From: Nemertoderma westbladi
Lineage: Eukaryota; Animalia; Xenacoelomorpha
DNA: 64,000 nucleotides
Direction: 5' to 3'
Assembly (NCBI GenBank): GCA_032718475.1
Contig: JAUCBJ010003590.1
Span: 1-64,000, forward strand
A program made the position numbers and the translations under genes. This document shows, in pieces, positions 1-12,482 of the stretch. The notes under the pieces are model-generated. The model saw nothing but the letters and a program-made list of their open reading frames with translations, was not told the origin of the DNA and did no database searches. How positions within the stretch are numbered: the first letter of the stretch is position 1; each line of letters opens with the position of its first letter.

Positions 1-1819
1 TAAAATATCACAGAATAAGTAAACAACAAATATATGGCTGTATGGCCCATTACGTAAATGGTTTTGATATTTCGGTTAAAGTTAATCACAGACTTAAAAA
101 GAATATGTTTATGACGTAATAATAAGTGATAACAACATAATGAATTGCATCAATTAAAATACTTTGAGTTAATATTATTCACTAGATTTATAGATCTGAT
201 TTGTAGTCTATATAAAATAATGTAGATAGATAGATATGTTTATTGACAATTTACATATGCGGTACAAATAATATCAAATATAATACTGCACAAAACCTTT
301 ACGATAATTAGTTATTGACACAGTTATATAAATTGTCCAGTAGATTTTTGAAACTGTCTATTTTGTCTTGAGAACTTTAGCGAATACTAAAATTATTTGA
401 ACGTAATTTAACACAAAAATAACAAACAAACCGACATAATAAACCTGAATATCTAGTGAATGGTAATAACCTACGCTTAATATACAGACATTACTGACTC
501 TATATACCTACACATTTGTTCAATATTATCCATATTACCATTGAAAAAGATACATATACATGTACATATAGTGGGTTTAATAAATAATACCTCACAACAA
601 TGTTAAATTTATTAAAAGGAGCAGGTTACAGTTGGCTACAGAGGCACATATACAGATTTTACAGATTTATTTCTGGGAGAGTAATCAGTACTTATTTGAA
701 TCGATATCTCCCTGGAGAGGGATGATTTTGATTGCATCGCAAATCCTCCCTATCTGAACAAATCATATTTAAAAAATTAAATGTTAATTATAATTATAGC
801 TGAGTGAGCTTCATTTATTAAACTGTAAAAATAAATCAATAGGCCTAGGCCCTACAAAAGTACAATCTAAAAACTGAAACAATAAATAGTTTGTAATAAC
901 AGTTAATGTGAAGTTTTCAAATCGAAATCGAATCGAAAGTTTTGTAGTAATGCTGTCCCTGTGCCCTGCCCCTTCAACTGAAAACTGGGACCTCCCAATA
1001 ATAAGAATTCCAATCTTTAGTCCTCGGCTGTTGAAATCCACCATCAGTACAGACAAATAAGTCAATCCTCCACCTGTCAGTGCTGGTTTAAGGGGACTTC
1101 CTGGTCCTGGCAGACTTGAATTCTGTAATTGGTAGGTCTAATGAAGTAATGTGTGAATCCAGAGGGTAAAGGCGAACTCGCATTCAGGTAGATATGTTTT
1201 ATTTATGAGTTTAGGTTAAATAAATCACAAAACCAAAACTATAAAACCAAAAATATGAGCTACTGTACAGTGCAGTAGGCCTGCAGTAACTACACTACAG
1301 CACTACAGTAATATAGAGATAGGCCTTGCAGTACAGCAGTATAACAATACATATACGCAATAAACATTGAATACAGGCATGCCAGAATGAGTATTGTACA
1401 ACATACCATACTGTGTACTATTTTACATGTGGAAAATTCCTCCATTACCGCCAATTTTAAAATTAGCCAATCATCAATCTCAGATTAGATAATAGAAGTG
1501 ACAGCAGCGTCTATCGCATAATGTTTATTTTATGTGACAAAATAACATTGTTCTGATATGTAACAAACCATGTTCTTAAAATGTTAGAACTAAACACTTA
1601 TAAAACATTTTTGACTAATGTTTATGTTCTCACATTAAAATTACGTTTTTCTAACATCAACAGTTATCATTTATTTAATGTCTGACAAAGACATTATAGA
1701 GTAATGTTAAAATAACATATATTGAACATCTAAATATTCTATCAAACAAGGGAATGACATTTATCAACATTTATAACAAATTAATGATGTTTTTCTGACA
1801 TTCCTCGAAAGTAAATTGT

Positions 1820-4093
1820 TTGCAGGGATGAGGGAGGACATTACGCTGAAGTCAAAAGAAGCGAGGAGGGACGAGGAAGTGTTGCTACTGGGCAACCAGA
1901 GGGGAAGGACGGACAGTGAACCGTCGATAGTCGAGGTGGAGAAAGAGAGCCGGTGGGGTCGTACTCCGGGAGATTGCTGTCGCCCCGGAGAAACACAACC
2001 TGGCGAAATATACCACACACCAGGGAGAGGTGTACAGAGTGTACCGGTACGAGGAAGAAGACAGGAGAGGGGATCGGAGGGAGACTTCCCGTCGGAACGT
2101 AGCTGCTGATCGAGGATATGGTAGTCGCGGGGAGGACTTCTCGGAATATTCGAGAAGATTAAACTTCGATCCGGAAGGACACAGGCAGACTGCAGGACAT
2201 ACTGTACAGTAGGCCTTACTGCACATACTATAGGCCATGCTGGGAGAGATAGTGCAGGCGATAGGGTAGCGCGAATGACGGGACTGGACCCGGATGTCGC
2301 GGCATACATACCAGTCAATAGGCAAGAACCCGATAGGCCTATACCGGTACCTGCACACCAGTATGACTATAACAAGCAGGGATACAACATATACCCAGGG
2401 GAGGGCCGGGAGTATTGCAGATAGGTGTATGGGCCCCAATATAATAACATCAACCCCAGTACCAAACACAACATCGGTGGGGAGGGGACAGGGTGACATT
2501 CCCCCATTACAGTATCAGCAATATACATAACCAAAAACAAGAACCCCAAACCCCTCGGATCCAAACAAATCATGCGACACAGAGATATGGAGGGGACCGC
2601 TACCCCCGATGATATATCCCACCCAGGGAAAGTCGATGGGCCCGATAGGTGAACTGCACCCAACATCAAAGGAGCCTCTCTCCCTACCATCAAGCGCGCT
2701 GGAAGTACAAGCGATGGGAATGGCAACACTCATCATGCGCTGAAAACTAGAATCGAGCTGCCACCAGTGGAGCCCTTCAAGTTCGATGGTAGTAAGCCAG
2801 AGGAATATCTGCAATTCAGGCGTATATATACAGCAACGAAATCTTAACAAAAAACCTCATGCAGGCGGAGTGCCTTAAATATCTATAAGTTTATACAGGG
2901 GGGCCAGCTTACGACATCGTGAGACAATACCAAGGTATTGAAGGAGGATTCACGACCGCATGGAGAGCCCTGGATAGGGAATTTGGCCACCCTGCGAAGA
3001 TTATCCTCGAAACCTTAAGGGGAATAACATCAGTCGGACTCGCAGACAACCCTGTCAGAATCAAGACCTTTGCTAATAAAGTAGAAAAGGTGCTGATAGT
3101 ATTAAAAACTCTGGATGCACCTTACAAACTCAATGCATCAAACAATATCACTACAATAGTGCAGGCACTACCGATCTGGCTGAGAAACAAGTGGAGAAAG
3201 ATCGCTTTCTCCACCCAAGAAAGGAAAGCTGCGGAGCCAGGGCTGGAGGAGATGTCGAACTTCCTTAACTATGAGGCGGAATTAATCACAGATCCAGTCT
3301 ATAGTGAGGACAGTTTGGGGAAGGCGCCAAAAGCTGAATGTAACAGGCCTAAACCCGAACATAATGTGGCGTATGCACTACAGACCGCATTCGGCGAGGA
3401 TAGGGAGCGAGACCCGGTGGCGATTCTTACGCCATTCGGATGGACGCTTAGTGGCCCAATTAAGACCAGAATCCCATTTAGCGTGTCGGAATCCTCAGGG
3501 TGCATGTTTGCGGGGACAATGAAGGAAATGGAGGATGAAGGAGCAGAGGAACAACTCAAGAGGCTGCTGCAGCAGGACTTTGAGGGGTTGAAGGAGACTG
3601 GGGTCAGAACCTTGGTGGAGGATAAACAGGCACAAGAGAGCGTGAAGAACTCAATGCAATGTGAAGGGGGGCGATATACCATAGGGATGGTATGGAAGCA
3701 ACCGAAGGTGCCACTGCCAGACAATAAGAGAATGGTCTTGACGAGGCTTCGAAAGTTGAAGCAAACACTTAAATGGAGCCCCGAAAAGGATGAATACATC
3801 CACAAGACGATTAAGAAGTACGTGGACAGAGGGTGGGCCGTGGAACTACCGGTCGATGAACCAAATACGGACAGGACCTACTATTTGCCACTCCATGTGG
3901 CTCTTGACCCAAAGAAGGGCAAACTGAGGATGGTGGTCGAAGCGTCAGCCAAGACTAACAGCAAGAGACTAAATGACTACCTGCTGGAATGCCCCAATAT
4001 CTACAACTAGGGGATAGAGGTCCTCTTAAGATTTAGAAATGGAAAGTGCACCTTCACGTGCGATATAGAAGGCATGTTTAATCACGTGCTGAT
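1820..4093 (+). mobile_element. Decayed BEL/Pao LTR retrotransposon gag-pol fragment
   Basis: Around 2744, KTRIELPPVEPFKFDGSKPEEYLQF resembles a BEL Gag (DUF1759-type) start. ORF 2919-4010 has Gag helices, AILTPFGWTLSGP and the BEL RT N-terminus YYLPLHVA..KLRMVVEASAK..LNDYLLECPN, continuing past a stop as VLLRFR..CDIEGMF and ending ~4093. No LTRs found; left boundary approximate. Confidence 0.8.
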
Positions 4094-4942
4094 TATAGGT
4101 TTACTTTCGCGGTAGGGCCATCGATATTACTTTCAGTTTAATAGCCTTTAAGGTGCCGGTACTGGACCTTTGCTACTGATTACAGTACGTTAGGGTTAGG
4201 CCTACATAAATTTATTTTTAATTTTGAAACCTTTGGTTATTGTACTTTATTGCTACTAGTAGCGGCACCTAGGCCTAAACAAATTACTTTTAGTTTTGTG
4301 GCATTGAAAGTAGTGATACCGGTAGCTGTAGTCATGAATAATGCTGTTTGTAATCAATTTTTCGTGCCTCCGTAGGCAAACATAAAAAATACACTCCGTC
4401 GTGATTCAAATTTAAAAATGCAATAATATCTACACAATTATTCCCCTTTCCGAACATAATATTTCTCTCATATTATATCCAATATTATGACATATTTCCA
4501 TCCCAGACATGCTTAGCCGGCCTCACCCACCAACTCCAACCAATATTGCTGGCTGCTCCCCTACGAATCATTGTAATCCAATAAAGGAGGTAGCTACACA
4601 ACCTCCCTCTTTTCTCTCATTGGCCCCTTAATATGCCAACCTCACCCACCTATTATTACTCTCACCCAGTTATTAACAAAGGAATAATTGATTACCTTCA
4701 AACTCCATTGCCGTTCATCAAAAATTGGTTATTGCTCAGTCAAACAGCCACGCATTAATTATACTCTATTTACATGGGTTGAACGTAAAATCTATGCACT
4801 AGAAAGACAAACTGTGTTTAGGTGATAATTAGGGGTCAACTTCATATCGACCCCACACCGGGTTTAAAAGGGGCCACATTTGGATGGAAAAGTCAGTCCC
4901 AAAAACCAGTCTTATAGTTGGCCACCTCGGCATCTAAACTAG

Positions 4943-5183
4943 GCTCTGCTCCAAGGTAGACGGTGTATTTGTTCCCAGACCGGGCCCTAACATGGCTCCG
5001 CGGTCGCTGGGAAGGTAAGACGATTCCGCCTAGGACTGAGTTTTGGCTGACTAGCCTTAAAGTGAGCTCTGCTCCAAGGTAGAGGGCGTCTTTGTTCCTA
5101 TGTCGGCACCTAACACGGGTTCGTGGTCGCTAGGAAGGTGTAAGATGATTCCGCCTAGGATTGAGTTTTGATGGCTAACTAGC
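4943..5183. repeat. Tandem direct repeat, 2 x ~123 bp
   Basis: GCTCTGCTCCAAGGTAGA...GATTCCGCCTAGGA(C/T)TGAGTTTT starts at 4943 and again at 5066. Confidence 0.85.
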
Positions 5184-5804
5184 TCCAGAGTGCTTGCGCA
5201 CTCTGTCCACTGGCTTCGTCTCAGGACCGACTATTTAGTTATGGGGGCAAAGTAGCAGTGTCCCCATAGCTTTTTTTTACAGTACACTATTTGTATATGC
5301 CAGAAGGGAGTAATATACATCTTGGGAAGAACAAAAATCACTGTGTTTTTGCACTATTTTGAAGGGTGTGGATGTCCGTAAATAACAAGTCATTGAAGGA
5401 CCGTATTCTAGTGGGAAATATTTTATGTCAGCCGGGAACCAAAACAATAAGGGAAAATATAGCACTCCCTGGAACTTTTAGAGATTCAAAGCCGTTTTAG
5501 GAGTTTATCGTGCCAAGAAGCACGAGAATTCCATTACACTGTTGAATGTATTGTATGTTTTGGTTATAATTTTTATCCTCACAGTTGGCTCGTACACTCT
5601 CGGATAGTTTCGAAAGCTCCATAAGAGCTAAATATAGTAATCGAAACAAGGAAAATTTGTGACATAAATAAATATTAATATTTATTTCCCCCCAAAACTT
5701 CCAAGCCCCATTTTAATGATTCTGCTCCCAAAACCCTTTTAGAAATGTTAGGAGATGATTAATAAAATGGTGAATAACATAACATATTTATTATATGGTA
5801 CTGT

Positions 5805-5913
5805 ATTTTTGTTATTTTCCCGGTTATTTTGCCCTTGGAGAAGGATACCCTCGGGCCTGCGGCCCTTGGGAATCCTTCTCCGAGGGCAAAATTACCGGGA
5901 AAATAACAAAATA
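5805..5913. repeat. Long imperfect palindrome (MITE-like hairpin)
   Basis: TTTTGTTATTTTCCCGGTTATTTTGCCCTTGGAGAAGGATACCCTCGGGCC-TGC-GGCCCTTGGGAATCCTTCTCCGAGGGCAAAATTACCGGGAAAATAACAAAA; ~50 bp arms with few mismatches. Confidence 0.85.
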
Positions 5914-6853
5914 ACCGTGTAATAATTATTGTTATCGAAAATCATCAATAATTAATAAAATGTCAGATAATCTCAGAATTGTCAGAATTGAAACATTTTA
6001 TTATTTTTGCATCAAAATTTTTATATTAAAATCTAAATAAAAATCCGGGGTGGGAGTCCGTCCCCTTTACGCCCACCAGGGCAACATGGGGCTCTGCAAC
6101 CCAGACACCGGTGGGGCAGCACCCTTAGACCAAAACATAAACATCACAATTTGCGTTACCATAGAAATTATGTATTATGGTCTATGGATTAATCAAAATC
6201 AAATTAAATTACAAAGTGTAATATGAACTCATTATTAGTAGGCCAAGGTCCAGCCAGCATAGGGGATTCATTTAGCAGCATTCCCATGGTAACAATAATT
6301 ATATTCCAGAATTTTATGTCACATTTAGAATTGTTAGACCAGTAGCTATATTTTTCAAAAGATGCGATGAATTTATATTGAGTTATTAGAATACTACTGC
6401 ATGTTTGTTGTTTTACCATTTCCATGACAACCGGTGATAACACCAAATCAGCTACCGATTCAGATTTGTTATTCTATCAAAATGAATGGCCAGAAGCTAG
6501 GTCTTCACAAAAATATAAGTTCCGGGTGGTTACCAAAAATTATCCCCTATGCTGGCTGGCCCATGGACTATAGTGTGACCATGATGTCACAACTATATGG
6601 TTACACTCTGATACAGTTTAGTAACAATGTTAGATAAAATACATCACAATCATGTTTTACAAACCTATAATATATATTTATTACATTATAGAATCTCAAT
6701 ATATCCTTTTATTTTCAGTGCAAATGTGATGAAGTGGGCAAAGAAATAGAAGGAAAAGAAGATAGACAAAAGGAAATATGCGCCTTGGAGGAAAAAAAAC
6801 GTAAAAAAAAATATATATAATATATAAGATTATATTATTTTAATATAATAAAT

Positions 6854-8943
6854 TGTAGCGGTGCCACTTACAAACTACGTGTAAGGTGATATACAGACTC
6901 GTACAGATCTCGAGATGAGTCACTACCTGTGCGTCTTACCGGTACCGAGCTGCTTGATATATTTTATGTATTATGAGATATAGCAGTATAGCAGGAAATT
7001 GCATACTGCCTCATTGGCGACCTGACCTGACTGCTTAGCAAGATTTATTGAGCCGAACTGCATCTCACATCCCTCACATTACTTGCACCCCACTCCCACG
7101 CCTTCACCATGGCCAAGGCAAATGCCGTTTACCTGAAACTGCCCGCCTTCTGGACTAACCAGCCTGAGGTATGGTTTTGCACAGGCCAAGGCCCTCGACC
7201 GAGACATCACCAGTCGCCTCCTCCAGCTGATTCGGGATCCCCCTGCTGTCGACCAGTACTCCCAGATCAATGCCAAACTCGTCAAGGTGTTCGGACTCTC
7301 CCACCGTGACCATGCTGAGTGGCTCTGGGACATTCTGTAGTGACAATGCCAGTCGTACCGGACCCAGCAGTGCATATTATTCGTGGTCCGAGCAGGCCTG
7401 CCTACCACAAGTCCTCCACTGCACCCCCCCCCCCCCCCCCCCCCCAATTAGGGCTGATGTTCACACGCCCCTCAGCCTGCTCACAACAACTGGTGCTACT
7501 ACTTCCACCTGACGTTTGGTGCCGACACCCAGAACTACCACCACCGCAATGATGCCACGACTCCAGACTGGTATCCCGTTCCTAACGTCCAGGACTTCTC
7601 CTCCCATCTAGCAGGTGCACGGATCTTCTCAAAGATCGATCTGGTGCGAGGTTACCACCAGATACCCATTCATGATGTCAACCTCGCTAAGACCACCATC
7701 ATCACCCCATTCGGCCTTTTTGAGTTCCTCCAAGTTCCATTCAGGTTGAAAAACATGGCCCAGGCCATCCAGTGGATGATGGACTCAGTGCTCCAGGGTC
7801 TCGAATTCCTCTTCATCTACCTGGACGATGTCCTCATCGTGAGTCAGTCCAAGCAGGGGCACTGAGAACATCTCTGTCAGCTCTTCTCGCGCCTCCAGCA
7901 GCACGGCCTCGTCATCAATCTTGCCAAGTGCCAGATTGGTCAACCAGTCATTGACTTCCTCGGCCACTGCATCTCGGCCCAAGGAGCCATTCCCCTACCT
8001 GACAAGGTCGCCGCCATCCGGAGTTCGCCCAGCCCACATCTTTAAAGGTCTGTAGGAGTTTGTGGGGATGGTAAACTTCTACCATTGGTTTATCCCCTCT
8101 GCGGCAGCCATTTTCGCACTCTCTACAGGGTCCTTTCCGGTGCCAAGCCGAAACTCCTCGACTGGTCTCATGACTGGTATCCTTCTGTGTCACGAAGGAG
8201 GTCCTCTCCCACAGAACCACGATGGCCCACCCCGAAGCAACCGTCCCAATGCACTCGCAGTGGATGCCTCTAGCACAGCTGTTGGCACCATGCTCGAGCA
8301 ACTGGTGGGTGGGTCGTGGCGCCTCCTTGCATTCTTCAGCCAACAGTTGAGATGGGGAGGTTAAGTACAGTGCTTTCAACCGTGATCTCCTGGCTCTTTA
8401 CCTCGCTGTTCGACACTTCCGATACTTCCTGGAGAGGCGCATTTTCACCACCTACATGGATCATAAACCCATCACGTTCGTTTTCTCCAAGATTAGCGAC
8501 ACATGGTCCTCCAGACAACAGCGATGTCACGATGACAGACAATGTGACAGAGTTTACCATGTCCATTGCCCAGTACATATATCAGTGCTATACACTACAC
8601 ACCCCTGGCCTCAACTAAATCGCCATGGCTGCCGCCCAACTCGCTGACAGTGAGATGGCCACTTACCATACCCCCATCTCGGGCCTCAAACTGCGGGACA
8701 TCCCCATTGGCCCCTCCGATGCTGCGGTGCTTTGCGATGTCTCCCTCAGTGAGGACCCTACCGAGTCCTAGTCCATGGGCCCAAGATGTTCCTACTGGAC
8801 ATCAGAGGCTGCACCGAGACAGTGTGCGTCTTACGATTGAAGCCGGCACATTTAGACTGTACGTCTTACCGGTACCGAGCTGCTCGATATATTTTATGTA
8901 TTATCAGATATAACAGTATGGCAGGAAATTGCATACTGCCACA
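6854..8943 (+). mobile_element. Decayed, internally deleted Ty3/Gypsy LTR retrotransposon
   Basis: 5' LTR TGTAGC...TGCCTCA (6854-7013) is followed by PBS-like TGGCGACC (7015). A partial 3' LTR (~8860-8943) repeats CTTACCGGTACCGAGCTGC...GCATACTGCC.CA. Gag, RT and RNase H remnants lie between them. Confidence 0.85.
7109..8650 (+). pseudogene. Gypsy gag-pol remnants (Gag N-terminus, RT, RNase H), frameshifted
   Basis: MAKANAVYLKLPAFWTNQPEVWF (Gypsy Gag start); RGYHQIP..KTTIITPFGLFEF..YLDDVLI (RT); ALAVDASSTAVG..LAFFS and DHKPITF (RNase H), spread over several frames. Confidence 0.85.
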
Positions 8944-9369
8944 ATATATAATATAATAATATATAATATATGGGTTCATATTGTATAAATACAACTGCAG
9001 GGTGCGTGATCCGGTCAATAATAATAATAATAAATGGTAAGTAAAAAATAAAGAGACCAATATCCCACTGATTTTAAAAATTATATATAATATTTTGAAA
9101 ATTTTCGAGATGGCATTACTCTTAATCATGCTATTACTGTAGCTAAATAATAGTAAGTGTTCGTTTCTAAGAAACTACACATATTATAAATTATATTAAA
9201 TTTAAAATATTTTACAGTACGAGTCTCTAAGGTGGATCAAAGGCTTGTAGAGTGTAGACCGTGTGAGTAAACAACTGCTTTTTTTTTAGTTCATTCAGTT
9301 GGCATTGCCAGTTTCCCTCCCTTTTCTTAATTTTGTCTTTAAGTCCTTTGTAGTCCTTTGTTTTTAAGT

Positions 9370-9800
9370 CCTTAAAAGGCCAATTATCCCCATCTATTTT
9401 TACCTTGGCCACACCTGGTTTTGCTTCTTTGGAAACCAGCATATCTTTTTATTATACTTTATCACCGTTCAACAAACTTATCTATTAGTTTAACATAAAA
9501 TACTGTAGTGACCCCATCTCCATGTTGAGTAAATGAATTCGGATTTTCCAAGTATTTAGTTACTGAATTGACGTAGTTGTCTGACTTCGTAATTACAAAA
9601 CGCTTACACCCTTTTCTTGTATACGAACCAAAAAATTATTTCATTTTTTAATTACCTAATTGCGGATCTCTCGTGCTTTGTGAAATTGCCTTTGGGCTTC
9701 TTAGCTAATTCTGGATCAAAATAATCGCTTTTAACTGCATTAATAAATTTCTCTAATGTATGATTTGATGACATTAATCGAAAAAATGCTTTTTTTGTCC
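9370..9800 (-). mobile_element. Probable Penelope-like element RT N-terminal fragment (degenerate)
   Basis: Manual minus-strand translation: LEKFINAVKSDYFDP..KGNFTKHERSAIR*LKNE..VRIQEKG/..RFVITKSDNYVNSVTKYLENPNSF..KPGVAKVKI..NWPF, resembling the PLE NLT.EER.AL..L..DKG region. Contains stops and frameshifts. Confidence 0.5.
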
Positions 9801-10675
9801 AATGATTTTTTTCTTACAACCTACCTCATTTAATTTACTATCATCACGATTTAAATTAACCGTTGCTATGTTTAAGGGTCTGTAAAAAATTTCCCCATGA
9901 TGAAATTTTTGAGGGAATTTTTCTGAATGACTCAACCAACTGCTTTAAAAAAACCAACAATGGTTTAGATAGCTCAGCCTATATTCACATCATTTACTAT
10001 TATATTATTTAATATCATTATATATTATTACTTTTGCTGTTATTTTAAGTTTAATTTAACTAACCATCGCACCACCCCCAATATCACAAATTTTATATTA
10101 TAGATATTAATTATATTTTTATTTACTGTAAAGTATATGTTAGTATTAATTAAATAACACTGTAAAGTTATTATATATGTTGTACTAATGTTTGTTCTAA
10201 TGTCACGCTCACTCTATCTCTATCACACCACACCCCCGCTATTTAACTCGTTAAGTCGTATTATACAGGATTACTATTTTCATTGTATTTTTTTTACCTA
10301 TCCTACGTGGTTTTAATTTATCTATTGTTAAGTACGTTTTAATGTACCATCAACTGGGTTAATATACCATTAATGTTTATAATGTATTTTAATGTCAGGA
10401 TGTCCCACCGTTAATGTCCCATATGTTTGGATAATAATAAACAACAGTCATTATATATTTTTTCTGTATTATCAAATTATATTCAGCCACAATTCATTTT
10501 GTTACTCCAACTACACAAGAGAGCCTCCACACCCTTCTTTACAGATGTTGTGGTAATATTGTGTATTTTGAAAGACGTCATTATTATGTGTTAATGTTTG
10601 TTTATATTCGATTCATATATTTCATTTTGTTTGGTGGTGATAAACACGACAATATCAACACGTATTTTCTTGTAG

Positions 10676-10852
10676 ATGTCGGTGTTTGGAGTGAATGGAC
10701 TTTGGATAATAGTGTGTGCCCCAAAGGTCTTTCATCTCCCGCGGAAGTCCTTACCAAAAGATGGAAGGGTTGCGAAAAGGAGAGATGGGGTGGCGGATGT
10801 GAAGGAAGAGATCAGATGCCTAGCTGCCCTTCGGATAAAAGCTATTATTATG
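10676..10852 (+). CDS. Orphan coding exon with a thrombospondin type-1-like repeat
   Basis: TTTTCTTGTAG acceptor and GTTTGT donor; 177 nt symmetric phase 1-1 exon encoding DVGVWSEWTLDNSVCPKG..RWKGC..GGGCEG..C. The rest of the gene is not resolved. Confidence 0.55.
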
Positions 10853-10919
10853 GTTTGTATGTTCAAAGCAGTAGTGGGTTACTACATGTATGTATACAAA
10901 TAGTAGTAAATTGAACCTA

Positions 10920-12070
10920 ATCGGTGCTGCGTTGGTGTTTCAACACCCAGAAATTACTTATCCTTCATTAATTTGAAATTCATATGGCTGTAGACAGGGC
11001 CGTCGAGAGGAAAAAGCGGTCCCGGGGCAACATAACTGTGGATAATACGGGTCCCCTTTATATTTGATGTGAAATACGTGAAATTTCCCCCCCCCCCCCC
11101 ATTTGACAAAAACAAACTGGTTTATTAGCATTGGAGGGGTTCCCTGCTTCGCGCCCTCACCTCAATTGGGCTACCCGAGTCAGCTGTCAGATTGATATGC
11201 AGGAAGCCAGAAACCAGACAACCAATAGAATGATAGATCAACTCACCTTCACAACAAACTGTTCCACCAATTGTTAAATAATTTTCATGTTCTGGAATAA
11301 ATATTTACGAAGTTGTATCATTTTGATCACGTCATGATCTCCAAATAACAAGGTGATGGTTTACCTCGTCTATGTTAAGAAAATTGATCATGGGGCCCGT
11401 TCTGGGCCCCCTGGCGGGCATCTTACGGGCCCGGGAACCCCTGTCTCGACGGGCCCTGGCTGTAGGGCAATGCTGGCATTCTCAAGATTTCCCTTACCTT
11501 GTGCCTTTAGTTCACCCATTGGCATAGCAAATATTTTCTTGGTTTTCTCAAACTCCACTTGCTTTAACAAATCTCCAAATCCAGAATGATTGAAATGTCT
11601 GATAATTTTTAACCAATTTTACTTATTTGAGTATTTATATTTAAACACACAATATATATGTATTAGACCGTTATACAAATTAAAAATACAAATACCCATC
11701 ACCACACAAAGCGACTCAGAACTGGTCTGCCAGCCCCGCACCTCGCAGACCGGCCCCGTCCCCGAAACCCAAGCCTCGCCACGACCGTCGGCCGCCCCGG
11801 AGGCAGAGGGAGCTGGACCGGAGAAGCGCGTCTGATAATTCCATAATAATCCATAATAATAAGTCTTCAGAGTAGTTTTTCAAAAATATCATGCTCACTC
11901 TTATTGTATCGCTTTATAAACTCATTGAGGTAACATGCCAATTCCTTAACATTTAGGTCTTTGATATCTTTATTAACTGATGGACAGGAACTTCGTGAAG
12001 GCTGACTTCTTTGTAGACTCGACTGAATTGGGATTTTGATTTTTACATATGTACTCATCCTCTGCAATGA
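10920..12070 (-). mobile_element. Crypton-like (DUF3504/tyrosine recombinase-associated) transposon fragment, interrupted by a hAT MITE
   Basis: Minus-strand peptides DIKDLNVKELACYLNEFI, then GDLLKQVEFEKTKKIF..ELKAQGKGNLENASIALQP, resuming beyond the MITE as YEFQ..FLGVETP; matches the Crypton pattern LK..GKGN.PN.A..L...LG..TP. Confidence 0.55.
10995..11458. mobile_element. Non-autonomous hAT-type element (MITE)
   Basis: TIRs CAGGGCCGTCGAGA / TCTCGACGGGCCCTG; 8-bp TSD GCTGTAGA / GCTGTAGG (one mismatch). Confidence 0.8.
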
Positions 12071-12482
12071 TAGGTCCTAAACGACTCTTCTTACCTGTGG
12101 TCCCATCATTGAACTTGGATGTTAAGACCTCTTCCATTGCAACCTGTCTAATGTCAACCTCTGTAGCGGCATCGAATTTGGAGGGGGTGTGCCCAAAACA
12201 CAGTAGTAAAACTAGCTAGTGAGAAATGTGAAATTGTCAACTTCAAAACCCTACGACTGTGATTAAGAGTAGTCCAAAATGGTGTACCCCCCCCCCCCCC
12301 CCCCCTTAACTCATATTATTTTTCGACTAGGCCTGTTGTACCTCTGCAGCAGTTTTTACTAATTTATATTTTGACCCTTTAGAGACGCCATACTACTACA
12401 GTACGTACTGAGTTTTTAGTGCTCACATATCTACTATACCAGTTCTACTGTTACTGCTCGGCGAATTATTGGCTATACAACC

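Noticed and set aside
1480-1800. AACAT/ATGTT-rich stretch as a defined element
   Set aside because: No termini or TSD could be identified.
6719-6800. Possible exon CKCDEVGKEIEGKEDRQKEICALEEKK
   Set aside because: The acceptor is plausible but the donor is weak, there is no recognisable domain, and it cannot be linked to other exons.
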